From an uncultured Actinomycetes bacterium (GTDB taxonomy: Bacteria > Actinomycetota > UBA4738 > HRBIN12): a stretch of 64,000 nucleotides of DNA. The stretch spans positions 65,149 to 129,148 of the forward strand of contig CAVOIB010000001.1 of NCBI GenBank assembly GCA_963695975.1, written 5' to 3'. A program made the position numbers and the translations under genes. This document shows, in pieces, positions 1-9,285 of the stretch. Numbering within the stretch: the stretch's first letter is position 1; each line of letters starts with the position of its first letter. Below the pieces are notes generated by a model. The model was not told the origin of the DNA. It made no database searches and saw nothing but the letters and a program-made list of their open reading frames with translations.

Positions 1-391
1 ACGCGAGCACGCGTTGCACATCCTGCTGCACGAGGCGGCGACGGCCGACCTGCTCGCAGCCGCGCACGACTGCGGCGACGGCGGGCTCGCCGTCACGCTC
101 GCCGAGCAGGCGATCCTCGGCGGCCACGGGTTCGCGGTGACGATCCCGGGCGACCTGCCGTCCCACGTCGCGCTGTTCTCGGAGTCGGCCTCACGGGCGG
201 TGGTGGCAGTGGCGCCGGAGCGCGTGGACGCCCTCGAGCAGCTCGCCGCCGGTCACGGCGTCCCGTTCGCCGTGATCGGAGAAACGGGCGGTCCGCGCGT
301 GGTGTTCGACGCGCTGGTCGAGACGACCGTCGACGACCTCCGCGACGCGTACGAAGGGGCGATCCCCCGGTTGCTCGGCGAGGCCGTGTGA
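1..391 (+). CDS. purL: phosphoribosylformylglycinamidine synthase II (PurL), C-terminal fragment; 5' end lies outside the window
   Basis: ORF 14..391 has a PurL C-terminal-like sequence (…VAVAPERVDALEQLAAGHGVPFAVIGETGG…). It sits in purine-gene context and is open to the window edge. Confidence 0.55.
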   Translation, partial: REHALHILLHEAATADLLAAAHDCGDGGLAVTLAEQAILGGHGFAVTIPGDLPSHVALFSESASRAVVAVAPERVDALEQLAAGHGVPFAVIGETGGPRVVFDALVETTVDDLRDAYEGAIPRLLGEAV

Positions 392-1131
392 TCGAGGCCG
401 TCACGTTCGACTACTGGGAGACGCTCGTCTCCGAGGGCGCGGGCATCGACGCCGAGGAAGACGGCTCGATGCGGTCGCGCCAGCTCCGCGCCTGGTCCGC
501 GATCCTCCATGAGGCCGGCTTCCCTCTCGACGACGTCGCGATCGAGCAGGCGTTCACCCACAACTGGGAGGTCTTCCACGAGCGCTGGCGCGCGAACGTG
601 CAGTACGGGTCGAAGGAGGCCGCTCCGACGATGTGCGGGTTTCTCGGGATCGATCCTCCGGCGGAGGTCGTCGCCGCGCTCGTGGGGTCGTTCGATGAGG
701 TCGGTCGCGATGCGCCGCTGCAGCTCGCGCCCGGCGCCGAGGAGTGCTTGCGTACGTTGAAGGCGTCCGGCGTTCGGATCGGGATCATCTGCGACGTTGG
801 GATGACGAACTCGCCGACGCTCCGTGCACGCCTCGAGGGTTTCGGCGTGCTCGATCTCTTCGACCATTGGTCGTTCTCCGACGAGGTGGGGTGCTTCAAG
901 CCGTTCCCGGCGGTCTTCCGCCACGCGATGGCCGGGCTCGGTATGGACGACCCCGCGCGTCAGGCACACGTGGGCGACGGACGGCGGACGGACATGGCAG
1001 GGGCCCGGGCGATGGGGATGACGACGATCCGGTACACGTTCTTCAACGACGCGCCGGCGGAGACCGGGCCCGAAGGGGACTACGTCGTGGACGACCACGG
1101 GAAGATCCCGCCGACGCTCGGGATCGCCTGA
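388..1131 (+). CDS. HAD-superfamily hydrolase
   Basis: N-terminal FDYWETL motif I-like sequence and later VGDGRRTD motif. GTGA overlap with the purL stop. Confidence 0.55.
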   Translation: MIEAVTFDYWETLVSEGAGIDAEEDGSMRSRQLRAWSAILHEAGFPLDDVAIEQAFTHNWEVFHERWRANVQYGSKEAAPTMCGFLGIDPPAEVVAALVGSFDEVGRDAPLQLAPGAEECLRTLKASGVRIGIICDVGMTNSPTLRARLEGFGVLDLFDHWSFSDEVGCFKPFPAVFRHAMAGLGMDDPARQAHVGDGRRTDMAGARAMGMTTIRYTFFNDAPAETGPEGDYVVDDHGKIPPTLGIA

Positions 1132-1313
1132 GCGCCGTCTCACGGAACGGTCTCTCCCGTCGTTGTTCGGGGTGACGACCAGAAGGAGGCGACGATGGAG
1201 CGAGAGGACCGATGGCGGTGGTGGCGCGTGGTGGAACCGGACCCTGAGTACTTCCGGACGGCGGCGCGCCGGCGCTGGACGCGCACACCGTCGAGCCCGC
1301 CGCGCCGCACGAC

Positions 1314-1799
1314 GTGGTGGGCGTGAGCCTAACGATCGTCCCCCCGTTCCAGGACTTCCTGGAGGCGAATCGGTCGACCGTGTACCGGTTCCTCCGCGTA
1401 GCGGTCGGACCGGCCGACGCCGACGACGCGTTCCAGGAGACGTTCCTCGCCGCGCTGCGCGCGTACCCGCGCCTGCGCGACGGAGAACGGCTGGACCGGT
1501 GGATCCTGCGGATCGCGTCGCGCAAGGCGATCGACCATCACCGAGCGGGTGGGCGACGGGCGATGCCGGTCGCGGAGGTGCCGGAGCACGCTGCGGTTCC
1601 GCAGGTCGTCTCGCACCCGGACGATCCCCTGTGGGAGGCGGTGGCGTCTCTCCCCCCTCGGCAGCGGGTGGCGGTGGTGCATCGCCACGTCCTCGACCGG
1701 CCGTACGCGGAGATCGCCGAGCTGATGGGCTCGAGCCAGGAAGCCGCCCGGGCGAACGTGTCTCAGGGCGTCAAGAGATTGAGGGAGCTGATCGGATGA
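1314..1799 (+). CDS. ECF (sigma-70 family) RNA polymerase sigma factor
   Basis: Region 2 (FQETFLAALRAYPRL…WILRIASRKAIDHHR) and region 4 HTH (LPPRQRVAVVHRHVLDRPYAEIAELMGSSQEAARANVSQGVKRLREL). Confidence 0.75.
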   Translation: MVGVSLTIVPPFQDFLEANRSTVYRFLRVAVGPADADDAFQETFLAALRAYPRLRDGERLDRWILRIASRKAIDHHRAGGRRAMPVAEVPEHAAVPQVVSHPDDPLWEAVASLPPRQRVAVVHRHVLDRPYAEIAELMGSSQEAARANVSQGVKRLRELIG

Positions 1800-2413
1800 A
1801 CCCGAACGAGCTGAAGCGGCTGGCGGATCGCGCCCGATCGGAGTCCAGGTCGCGCGAGGCGGCGCTCGCGTTCCCCGATGCGGCCGTCTCCGCCGGGCTG
1901 CTCGACGTCGCCGTCGGCACGATGAGTTCGCCGATCGGGGAACTGTTCGTGGCGGTGACGGTCGAGGGCCTGGCGGCGATCGCGTTCGAGGGCGACAGCT
2001 ACCGTGAGGAGCTGCTCGGGCGTATCGCCGGCCGGATCTCCCCGCGGATCCTGCCATCCCCCAGGGGCACGGACGCCTGGCGCCGGGAGTTGGACGAGTA
2101 CTTCGCGGCTCGGCGCACGGAGTTCGACCTTCCCGTCGATCGCCGGCTGATCTATGGGATCGCGCGGGACGTGTTGCGCCAGACCGCGAGGATCCCGTAC
2201 GGGGAGGTGTCCACGTACGGCACGATCGCGAAGAGGATCGGTCATCCGACCGCCGCTCGCGCCGTCGGCCGCGCGCTCGGATCGAACCCGATCCCCATCG
2301 TGATCCCATGTCACCGGGTGATCGGAGCGAGCGGCAAGCTCACCGGCTACGCGGGCGGTCTCGACCGCAAGATCGCCCTCCTCGAACTCGAAGGGGTCCT
2401 TGCCGCGGGCTGA
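1796..2413 (+). CDS. ogt: methylated-DNA-protein-cysteine methyltransferase (O6-alkylguanine alkyltransferase)
   Basis: Canonical active-site IPCHRVIG plus the conserved TYG…IA and GNPIPI motifs. ATG overlaps the sigma factor stop (ATGA). Confidence 0.85.
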   Translation: MNPNELKRLADRARSESRSREAALAFPDAAVSAGLLDVAVGTMSSPIGELFVAVTVEGLAAIAFEGDSYREELLGRIAGRISPRILPSPRGTDAWRRELDEYFAARRTEFDLPVDRRLIYGIARDVLRQTARIPYGEVSTYGTIAKRIGHPTAARAVGRALGSNPIPIVIPCHRVIGASGKLTGYAGGLDRKIALLELEGVLAAG

Positions 2414-2462
2414 CGCTCGCATCGTCCGGGAGCTCGCGAGCGCCTGATACGCTGAACGCCTC

Positions 2463-3875
2463 GTGGGCGCGGAATCACCGAAAGAGGAATGCGGGCTCTT
2501 CGGCGTCTGGGCACCGGGTGAAGACGTCGCCCGGCTCACGTACTTCGGACTCTTCGCCCTCCAGCATCGCGGCCAGGAATCCGCCGGCATCGCGGTGAGC
2601 GACGGCACCAACATCTTGGTCTACAAGGACCTCGGTCTGGTCAGCCAGGTCTTCAACGAGGCCACGCTCACGACCCTCCACGGCGACCTCGCGATCGGCC
2701 ACACCCGCTACTCGACCACGGGTTCGACCACGTGGGACAACGCGCAGCCGGTCTTCAAGACCGACGGCGTCCGGTCGATCGCCTTGGGCCACAACGGGAA
2801 CCTCGTCAACACGCATGAGCTGGCGGAGATGGTCGGCTCGCGCTCCGCCGCCACGACCGACACCGACATCGTCACCACGCTGATGGCGAACGAGATGGCG
2901 AGCGGGACGTTCGAGGACGCGGCCCTGCGGATCCTGCCCACGCTGAAGGGGGCGTTCAGCTTCGTGATGATGGACGAGCGGAGCGTGTACGCCGCCCGCG
3001 ACGCGCACGGGATCCGACCGCTATCGATCGGGCGGCTGCCGAACGGGTTCGTGGTCGCCTCCGAGACCTGCGCGCTGGACATCCTGGGCGCGACGCTCGT
3101 CCGCGATGTGGAGCCGGGTGAACTGGTACGCATCGACGACCGAGGCCTCCACTCCTCGCGGTTCGCCGAGTCGCCCCGCTCCGCTCTTTGCATCTTCGAG
3201 TTCGTGTACCTGGCCCGCCCGGATTCGCGTCTGTCGGGGACCACGGTGCACGAGGCCCGCCGCGAGATGGGCCGGATCCTGGCGAGCGAACATCCGGCCG
3301 ACGTGGACCTGGTGATCGCCGTCCCGCAGACGGCCCACTCCGCGGCACAGGGTTACGCGGAGGTCTCCGGCATCCCGTACGGCGACGGCCTGATCAAGAA
3401 CAACTACGTGGGACGCACGTTCATCCAGCCGTCACAGTCGCTCCGCGACCGCGGCGTGAAGCTCAAGCTGAACCCGCTCCCGGACTCGATCCGCGGGAAG
3501 CGCCTCGTGGTGATCGACGACTCGATCGTTCGGGGAACGACCCAGCAACAGGTGGTGGGTGTGCTTCGGGAGGCGGGCGCCACCGAGATCCACGTCCGCA
3601 TCACGAGCCCGCCCATCAAGTGGCCGTGCTTCTACGGGATCGACATGTCCACCCGGCACGAGCTGATCGGCTCAGATCTGGCCGTCGAAGAGATACGCGC
3701 GTTCATCGGGGCGGACTCCCTCGGCTACCTCTCGCTCGAAGGCATGGTGCAGGCTGCCGGCTCGCCGAGGGACGACTTCTGTCGCGCCTGCTTCGACGGC
3801 GAGTACCCGGTCCCGATCCCGGAGCATGCCGGCAAGTTCGTGCTGGAAGACCAGCTGCAACTGCCGACCGCCTGA
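2463..3875 (+). CDS. purF: amidophosphoribosyltransferase
   Basis: N-terminal CGLFGVW catalytic Cys; the GHTRYSTTG glutamine amidotransferase class II motif; and a C-terminal PRTase domain with a D…D…S…TT PRPP-binding motif. Confidence 0.9.
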   Translation: MGAESPKEECGLFGVWAPGEDVARLTYFGLFALQHRGQESAGIAVSDGTNILVYKDLGLVSQVFNEATLTTLHGDLAIGHTRYSTTGSTTWDNAQPVFKTDGVRSIALGHNGNLVNTHELAEMVGSRSAATTDTDIVTTLMANEMASGTFEDAALRILPTLKGAFSFVMMDERSVYAARDAHGIRPLSIGRLPNGFVVASETCALDILGATLVRDVEPGELVRIDDRGLHSSRFAESPRSALCIFEFVYLARPDSRLSGTTVHEARREMGRILASEHPADVDLVIAVPQTAHSAAQGYAEVSGIPYGDGLIKNNYVGRTFIQPSQSLRDRGVKLKLNPLPDSIRGKRLVVIDDSIVRGTTQQQVVGVLREAGATEIHVRITSPPIKWPCFYGIDMSTRHELIGSDLAVEEIRAFIGADSLGYLSLEGMVQAAGSPRDDFCRACFDGEYPVPIPEHAGKFVLEDQLQLPTA

Positions 3876-3892
3876 GCGTCAGTGAGACAGCC

Positions 3893-4900
3893 GTGAGCGA
3901 CGTGTACCGTCGGGCGGGCGTCGACACCGAGGCCGCCGCCAAGGCCGTAACGCTGATCGCCGACCTCGCGGCCCGTACTCGGCGTCCGGAGGTGGTGGAC
4001 GAGGTCGGCGGGTTCGCGGGCTTGTTCCGCGCCGGAGGCACCACGTTGCTGGCGGCGGCGACCGACGGCGTGGGCACCAAGCTCGAGATCGCACGCCTAA
4101 CGGGGCGTCTCGACACCGTCGGGATCGACCTCGTCGCGATGTGCGCGGACGACGTCGTCTGCACGGGCGCCGAGCCCTTGTTCTTCCTGGACTATCTCGC
4201 GGTCGGGCGCGTCGTCCCCGAACGCGTCGAGGCGATCGTCGAGGGCGTCGCCCAGGGGTGTCGCCGCGCAGGATGCGCGCTGCTGGGGGGCGAGACCGCG
4301 GAGCATCCCGGCGTGATGCCCGACGATCAGTTCGATCTGGCCGGCTTCTGCGTGGGATCGGTGGACGAGGCCGATCTCCTGGGGCCGTCTCGGGTGCAGG
4401 TCGGCGACGTGTTGATCGGGCTCGCCTCGAGCGGCCTCCACGCGAACGGCTACTCGCTCGTGCGCGCCGCGCTGCTTGACCGGTTCGCGCTCGATGAGAC
4501 GCCGCCGGGCCTCAGCCGGAAGCTCGTCGATGAGTTGCTGGAACCGTGTGCGATCTACGCGCCCGAGGTGCTCGCGCTCGCTCGAGACGGCCTCGTGCAT
4601 GCTGCGGCGCACATCACTGGCGGCGGTTTCGTCGAGAACATCCCGCGCGCGCTTCCTCGAGGAACGGGCGCCCTGGTCCGTCGCGGTTCCTGGCCGGAAC
4701 CGCCTATCTTCGCTCTCGTGGCCGAAGCGGCGTCCGCCACCGAAGACGACCTGTTCTCGACGTTCAACATGGGCATCGGCATGGTGTTGGTCGCGACGCC
4801 TGAAGGCGCCGCGGAGATCCTGCGTCGCAACGGCGAACGGGAGCCGTTCGTGATCGGCCAGGTGGTCGACGGTGGCGGGTTCGCGGTCGTCGGCGCCTGA
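3893..4900 (+). CDS. purM: phosphoribosylformylglycinamidine cyclo-ligase (AIR synthetase)
   Basis: GVDTEAAAKAV…GGFAGLF…DGVGTKL motifs. The first in-frame start after the purF stop is GTG at 3893; the upstream part of ORF 3188..4900 overlaps purF. Confidence 0.9.
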   Translation: MSDVYRRAGVDTEAAAKAVTLIADLAARTRRPEVVDEVGGFAGLFRAGGTTLLAAATDGVGTKLEIARLTGRLDTVGIDLVAMCADDVVCTGAEPLFFLDYLAVGRVVPERVEAIVEGVAQGCRRAGCALLGGETAEHPGVMPDDQFDLAGFCVGSVDEADLLGPSRVQVGDVLIGLASSGLHANGYSLVRAALLDRFALDETPPGLSRKLVDELLEPCAIYAPEVLALARDGLVHAAAHITGGGFVENIPRALPRGTGALVRRGSWPEPPIFALVAEAASATEDDLFSTFNMGIGMVLVATPEGAAEILRRNGEREPFVIGQVVDGGGFAVVGA

Positions 4901-5031
4901 CCCGTTGTGACTACGTAGTCCTCGCCCAACGCCGCCGAACGCGTCGAGGTCTTAGGTCCACGGTCTCGAACGAGAAACGCCATCCTGGCCGATACAGAGA
5001 TGGGTCCAACGAGCCGTACCTTGAATCAAGT

Positions 5032-5451
5032 ATGCAGACGCTCTCGCAAACACTCGATCACAGCATCCTGGTGGTGGACGACGAGCCCCAGGTCGTCTGG
5101 GTCCTCCAGTACAGCTTGGAGGCCGAGGGGTACACCACGCTCTCGGCGCGCGACGGGGCTGCAGCGCTCGAGGCGGTCGATCTGTTCCATCCGCAGCTGA
5201 TGCTGCTGGACATCATGATGCCGACGCTCGACGGGTGGAGCGTGCTGGAGGAGTTGGGGAAGCTCCCGCAGGACGTCCGTCCACGCGTGGTGATCGTGTC
5301 GGCGCTCACGAGTCTCCAGGATCGAGCCCGCGCCGCGGAGCTCGGCGCCGACGCGTTCTGCCCGAAGCCGTTCAACGTGGAAGACCTGATCGGCCTCGTG
5401 CACGATCTGGAGGACTTGGACGAGCTCGACCGTTTGGACGACATCACCTGA
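5032..5451 (+). CDS. single-domain response regulator (CheY-like receiver only)
   Basis: VVDDEP…LLDIMMP…D receiver motifs with phospho-acceptor Asp; no output domain. Confidence 0.8.
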   Translation: MQTLSQTLDHSILVVDDEPQVVWVLQYSLEAEGYTTLSARDGAAALEAVDLFHPQLMLLDIMMPTLDGWSVLEELGKLPQDVRPRVVIVSALTSLQDRARAAELGADAFCPKPFNVEDLIGLVHDLEDLDELDRLDDIT

Positions 5452-5478
5452 AGGCTCCGCTGCCACGGCGTCCTGGCT

Positions 5479-5513
5479 CGCCATGACTAGTCCGGGCTCC
5501 CCCAGGGGAAGGG
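5479..5513. terminator. perfect 13-bp stem / 9-nt loop hairpin (AGTCCGGGCTCCC…GGGAGCCCGGACT) downstream of the first receiver gene; no T-tract
   Basis: Read directly in the sequence. Flanked by direct CTAGTCCG copies. Confidence 0.45.
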
Positions 5514-5605
5514 AGCCCGGACTCGTTCCCTAGTCCGAGGGGTCACGGCAGAAACCGCCCGCGCGACCGATACCGCCTGCGCCCCAAGGCGCCTACCCTC
5601 GACCC

Positions 5606-5995
5606 ATGTCCCAACTTGGATCACTCGGTTCGAGCGTGCTCGTCGTCGACGACGAGCCGCAGGTCGTATGGGTCCTCCAGTTCAGCCTGGAGGCCGAGGG
5701 CTACACGACGTTCGCGGCGCGGGACGGCGCGCAAGCCCTCACCGCGATCGCCGAGCACCACCCGAAGCTCATGGTGCTCGACATCATGATGCCGACGATG
5801 GACGGGTGGAGCGTGCTCGAGGAGATGATGCAGCTACCGCGCGAGGAGCGGCCACGCGTGATCGTCGTCTCCGCCATGTCGAACCTGCGCGACCGCGCGA
5901 AGGCCGCCGAGATGGGCGCGGATGCGTTCGTGCCGAAGCCGTTCAACGTCGACGACCTGCTCGGCGTGCTGCACGATCTGGATCTCGCCGTCTAG
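5606..5995 (+). CDS. single-domain response regulator, tandem paralogue of 5032..5451 (about 75% identical)
   Basis: Near-identical receiver motifs (VVDDEPQVVWVLQFSLEAEGYTT…LDIMMPTMDGWSVLEE). Confidence 0.8.
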   Translation: MSQLGSLGSSVLVVDDEPQVVWVLQFSLEAEGYTTFAARDGAQALTAIAEHHPKLMVLDIMMPTMDGWSVLEEMMQLPREERPRVIVVSAMSNLRDRAKAAEMGADAFVPKPFNVDDLLGVLHDLDLAV

Positions 5996-6010
5996 TCTGT
6001 TACAGACTAG
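5992..6010. terminator. short palindrome CTAGTCTG-TTA-CAGACTAG that contains the convergent TAG stops of the receiver gene (+) and the thioesterase gene (-)
   Basis: Read directly in the sequence. Confidence 0.3.
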
Positions 6011-6411
6011 TGCGCGAACCGTTGGTTCGGTGACGTCACCACCGTCGTTCCTGCCGCGCGGCAGGTGAGCACGGGTTCGTCGAGGAACTCGGCCGCCGAC
6101 TCGCTGATGTCGCCCCGCGGTCCTCCGATCTTCCATACCTCGAACTCGCAGGTGCGGCTGGAGTTGCCGACTCGCACGATCCGCCCCTTCGCTTCGATCC
6201 AGTCGCCGGCGTACAGCGGCGCGAGGAACTCGACGGAGTCGTACGCGCGGAAGAGTCCTTCGTCCCCGTCGTAGCGCATCGCGAGCTCGGTGATCAGGTC
6301 GCCGATGATCTCGAGCTGCTTGGCGCCTGCCACGAGGTTCCCGCCGTAATGGGCGTCCTCGCTCCCGAGTCGGCGCCGGATGAACGCGCTGGGAAGGTCG
6401 TTCTCGCTCAC
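6007..6411 (-). CDS. hotdog-fold thioesterase (PaaI/4HBT-like)
   Basis: Core about 130 aa with hotdog-like motifs (YGGNLVAG…, [19 protein letters not shown]). GTG start overlaps the upstream gene's stop (GTGA). Confidence 0.55.
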   Translation of the reverse strand: MSENDLPSAFIRRRLGSEDAHYGGNLVAGAKQLEIIGDLITELAMRYDGDEGLFRAYDSVEFLAPLYAGDWIEAKGRIVRVGNSSRTCEFEVWKIGGPRGDISESAAEFLDEPVLTCRAAGTTVVTSPNQRFAH

Positions 6412-6635
6412 GGTGGCTCCTTCGCGACCTCGGGGATCACCTTGCCGTGGCGCACGCCGCGTGCTGGCACCCGGACCACCTCGCCCGTCTTCCTTCGGAC
6501 GAAGTACGTCTCCGCGCCCTGATCCCATCGTTCGAACACCCCAACCGCCTCAGAGAGGTAGCCGTTGGGGAGCTCGAACTGGAACGTCACGCGTCTGCCC
6601 ACGTCATCGGGTGTCACGAGGTTCGTGCCGCGCAT
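6408..6635 (-). CDS. hypothetical 75-aa protein, translationally coupled between the nucleoside phosphorylase and thioesterase genes
   Basis: ATG start; non-repetitive composition; operon position. No family recognised. Confidence 0.4.
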   Translation of the reverse strand: MRGTNLVTPDDVGRRVTFQFELPNGYLSEAVGVFERWDQGAETYFVRRKTGEVVRVPARGVRHGKVIPEVAKEPP

Positions 6636-6665
6636 GGCGGGAGGATACCGGACGTGCGAGCCCGC

Positions 6666-7442
6666 TCAGTCGGGCGGCATCCGAAGGCACGCCTCGGCCG
6701 CCAGGCGGAACAGCAGCTCGCGGCCGGAGGCGTGATCGTTCCAGTCGCGCGGATCCCAGGCGTCCCCCGACAGATCGTCGCCTGCGTACAGCAGGTGTCC
6801 GAACGAGACGCCGCGGAACGCCGCGACCGCGAAGAACGCCGCCGCCTCCATCTCCACGGTGAGACAGCCCTCGGCAACCCGGCGATCCACCTTGCCCCGT
6901 GTCTCGCGGTAGAGGCCGTCGGTCGTCCACGTCTTCCCGGTGACGAACGGCACGTGGTGACGCTCGAGGGTGGCGACGATCGCGTCCACCGTCTGACGCG
7001 TCGGCTCCACCTCGCGCGCGGCCGGCAGGTAGTGGTAGGAGGTGCCCTCGTCGCGGATCGCGCTCGTTGGCACCACGACGTGGCCGAGAGCGACATCGGG
7101 TACCAGCACGCCGGCGCCGCCGCACGCGACGAACGTCCTGCACCCCCGCGCGATCATCTCCTCGAGGAACCCGGCGGCGAGCGGCGCCCCGACGCCTGGA
7201 TGGACGAGCGCCAGACGTCGGCCCTCGATCTCAAGCTCGTAGATCGGGTTGCGGCCGATCTCGGACTCGACGTGATCCACGACGCGGGACTCGTGTTCGG
7301 CGACGACCTGCTCGATCACGTCCTGGAAGAAGCAGAGGACCGCGTGGGTGGGCACGTCGATCGGTTCGATCATCTCCGAGGGCTCGATCACGGCCGTCGG
7401 CGCGGGATCGAACTCGAGGATCGGTGGGCGTTCCTCGCTCAC
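6666..7442 (-). CDS. nucleoside phosphorylase family I enzyme (uridine/purine phosphorylase or MTA/futalosine-nucleosidase-like)
   Basis: TVEMEAAAFFAVA motif and GVGAPLAAGFLEEMIARG. GTG start overlaps the EamA stop (GTGA). The upstream part of ORF 6666..7748 is an out-of-context extension. Confidence 0.7.
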   Translation of the reverse strand: MSEERPPILEFDPAPTAVIEPSEMIEPIDVPTHAVLCFFQDVIEQVVAEHESRVVDHVESEIGRNPIYELEIEGRRLALVHPGVGAPLAAGFLEEMIARGCRTFVACGGAGVLVPDVALGHVVVPTSAIRDEGTSYHYLPAAREVEPTRQTVDAIVATLERHHVPFVTGKTWTTDGLYRETRGKVDRRVAEGCLTVEMEAAAFFAVAAFRGVSFGHLLYAGDDLSGDAWDPRDWNDHASGRELLFRLAAEACLRMPPD

Positions 7443-8374
7443 GAGACGCGCTCCCGCCGGGAGGCGAGCGCGGCGCCGAGGATCACGAGCCCGATCCCGA
7501 GGACCGACAGAGGATGGACCGATTCCCCGAGGAAGATCGCGCCGAGCAGCAGCGCGACCACGGGGATGAGGTAAGTGGCTATGGATGCTCGCGTCGAACC
7601 GACGCGGGAGACCAGGTGCCCCATCAGCACGAACGCCAGGCCCGTCCCTAGGACTCCGAGAGCCGTGACCGCGATGAACGATGGCCAGGCGAACGTGGAG
7701 TCGCCGAGGCCAACGATCCCGAGCGGCGCCGTCCAGATCGACGCCCATGCCAACATCCGGGCCATAACAGGAAGCGACCCGTACCGCTGCGTGAGCGGAG
7801 CCGCGATGTTGATGGCGAACCCGTAACAGACCGTCGCGAGGAGCCCCATGACGACGCCGATCGCCTCGCTGGATCCGGCGCTGAGTGAGGGAAGCGCGAT
7901 CGCGGCGACGCCGACGAAGCCGATCGCGAGGCCGATGGCTTGGATCCGACCCGGTGGCCGGCGGAGCATCACGGCGCCGATGACGCCCGCGAAGATCGGC
8001 AGGGCGCCGTTCAACAGGCCGGTGAGGCCGGAGGTGATGTGCTGTTCTGCAAGTGGGAAGAGCGTGAACGGGATCGCGACCCAGAGCACCGAGAGCACGA
8101 TGAGCCGGCGCCGGTCGGCGCGGTCAACAGGCGACCTTGCGGCGGGCACGAGCCACAACGCTGACGCTCCGAAGAGGATCCGCAGCGACGTGATCAAGCC
8201 TGGCGCGAAGGCGTCCAGCCCGATCCGGATGAACAGGAACGACGACCCCCAGATGCAACCGATCGCCAGGAAGAGGCCCCAGTCGAGCGGCGTGAACGCG
8301 CCGGCGTGCGTCCCGTGGCTGGTGGTCAGAACGACACGACGCGTCGAGCCGCGTGCGGGTTCGGATGCGCTCAT
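7439..8374 (-). CDS. EamA/DMT-family transporter
   Basis: About 10 TM helices with duplicated EamA-like halves (…FLFIRIGLDAF…, …GLLATVCYGFAINI…). Confidence 0.8.
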   Translation of the reverse strand: MSASEPARGSTRRVVLTTSHGTHAGAFTPLDWGLFLAIGCIWGSSFLFIRIGLDAFAPGLITSLRILFGASALWLVPAARSPVDRADRRRLIVLSVLWVAIPFTLFPLAEQHITSGLTGLLNGALPIFAGVIGAVMLRRPPGRIQAIGLAIGFVGVAAIALPSLSAGSSEAIGVVMGLLATVCYGFAINIAAPLTQRYGSLPVMARMLAWASIWTAPLGIVGLGDSTFAWPSFIAVTALGVLGTGLAFVLMGHLVSRVGSTRASIATYLIPVVALLLGAIFLGESVHPLSVLGIGLVILGAALASRRERVS

Positions 8375-9285
8375 CGGAGTCGTGCGATGGAACCCGCGGG
8401 AGGCTCCGGATATGCCTCCGGATGTACAGCCCAGGCGAGGATCTCCAAGCCATCAACGATACGCGGGCCGGGTCGCGAGAAGAACGACGTGGCGTCCACC
8501 GCGAACACGTTGCCGTTACGCGCGGCGGGCGTGTCGGCGAAGTCCGGTTGTGCGAGGAGGGCGGCACCCTCCTCCTCGGCTTCCTCCAGGTAGTAGCCGC
8601 ACGGCATCGAGATGATGACCTCCGGGTTCTCGTCGCGGATCTGGCGCCAGGTCACCACTTTGGACGGCTCGCCTTTGGTGTTCAGTACGTTCACGCCGCC
8701 GGCCGTTTCGACCATCTCGGGCACCCAGTGGCCCGCGACGAACGGAGGCTCCGACCAGTCCAGGCAGAACACACGGATCGTCGGAAGGCGCAAGGCGACC
8801 TCCTTCACGTGCGCGATGCGCGCCCGCGCAGCGGCGGTCAACTCGCTGGCTCGCTCATTTCGGTCCAGCGCGGCGCCAACGGTCGTGATCTGACCGACCA
8901 CGTCGTCGAGGGTGTGGGGATCGAGCGAGAGCACCGTGGCGTCGGGCAGGCCGAGCTCGTCCAGCGCTCGTTGCACCTCACCGCTCGGCACCGCGCACAC
9001 GCGGCATAGATCCTGCGTGAGGATCACGTCGGGTCGTTCGCGGCGCAGGAGGTCACGGTCCAAGACATAGAGCGGCTCCCGGGCGTCCATGCGCCGGCGG
9101 ACGGCCGCGTCGATCTCGCGCGACATGAGCGGCCGGCCCTGGGGCAGCGCGCTTCGCGACACAACCGGCTTGGTCACCGCGTCCGGAGGGAAGTCGCACT
9201 CGTCGGTCACGCCGATCAGATCGTCGCCCAGCCCGAGGGCGTACACGATCTCCGTGGCGGCCGGCAGGAGCGAGGCGATCCTCAT
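8371..9285 (-). CDS. PF01497-like (BtuF/FepB-type) substrate-binding-fold protein with no signal peptide
   Basis: N-terminus MRIASLLPAATEIVYALGLGDDLIGVTDECDFP matches class III binding proteins. Start ATG at 9285 overlaps the E2 stop. The rest of ORF 8371..10302 is an artefact. Confidence 0.65.
   Translation of the reverse strand: MRIASLLPAATEIVYALGLGDDLIGVTDECDFPPDAVTKPVVSRSALPQGRPLMSREIDAAVRRRMDAREPLYVLDRDLLRRERPDVILTQDLCRVCAVPSGEVQRALDELGLPDATVLSLDPHTLDDVVGQITTVGAALDRNERASELTAAARARIAHVKEVALRLPTIRVFCLDWSEPPFVAGHWVPEMVETAGGVNVLNTKGEPSKVVTWRQIRDENPEVIISMPCGYYLEEAEEEGAALLAQPDFADTPAARNGNVFAVDATSFFSRPGPRIVDGLEILAWAVHPEAYPEPPAGSIARLR

Noticed and set aside
1194-1326. 44-aa Arg/Trp-rich ORF with an AAGGAGG SD just upstream of the ECF sigma gene
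   Set aside because: The SD is good, but the peptide is low-complexity (RWRWWR…) and overlaps the sigma start in another frame. No support beyond the SD, so it is kept only as a weak possibility.
1163-1795. N-terminal part of ORF 1163..2413 and overlapping ORF 1329..2309(-)
   Set aside because: Low-complexity Arg/Gly translation overlapping the ECF sigma gene. ogt starts at ATG 1796.
3188-3892. N-terminal part of ORF 3188..4900
   Set aside because: It overlaps purF in another frame. The first in-frame start after the purF stop is GTG 3893, and the AIR-synthetase homology begins there.
6666-7748. Upstream extension of the nucleoside phosphorylase ORF (to 7748) and many other M-initiated ORFs overlapping annotated genes (e.g. 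253..1143-, 2475..3008-, 9841..11004+, 10097..11812+, 15538..17646+, 17752..19362+, 51699..53546+)
   Set aside because: All are antisense or out-of-frame to genes with clear conserved motifs and have Arg/Ala/Gly/Pro-biased composition. They were treated as high-GC artefacts.
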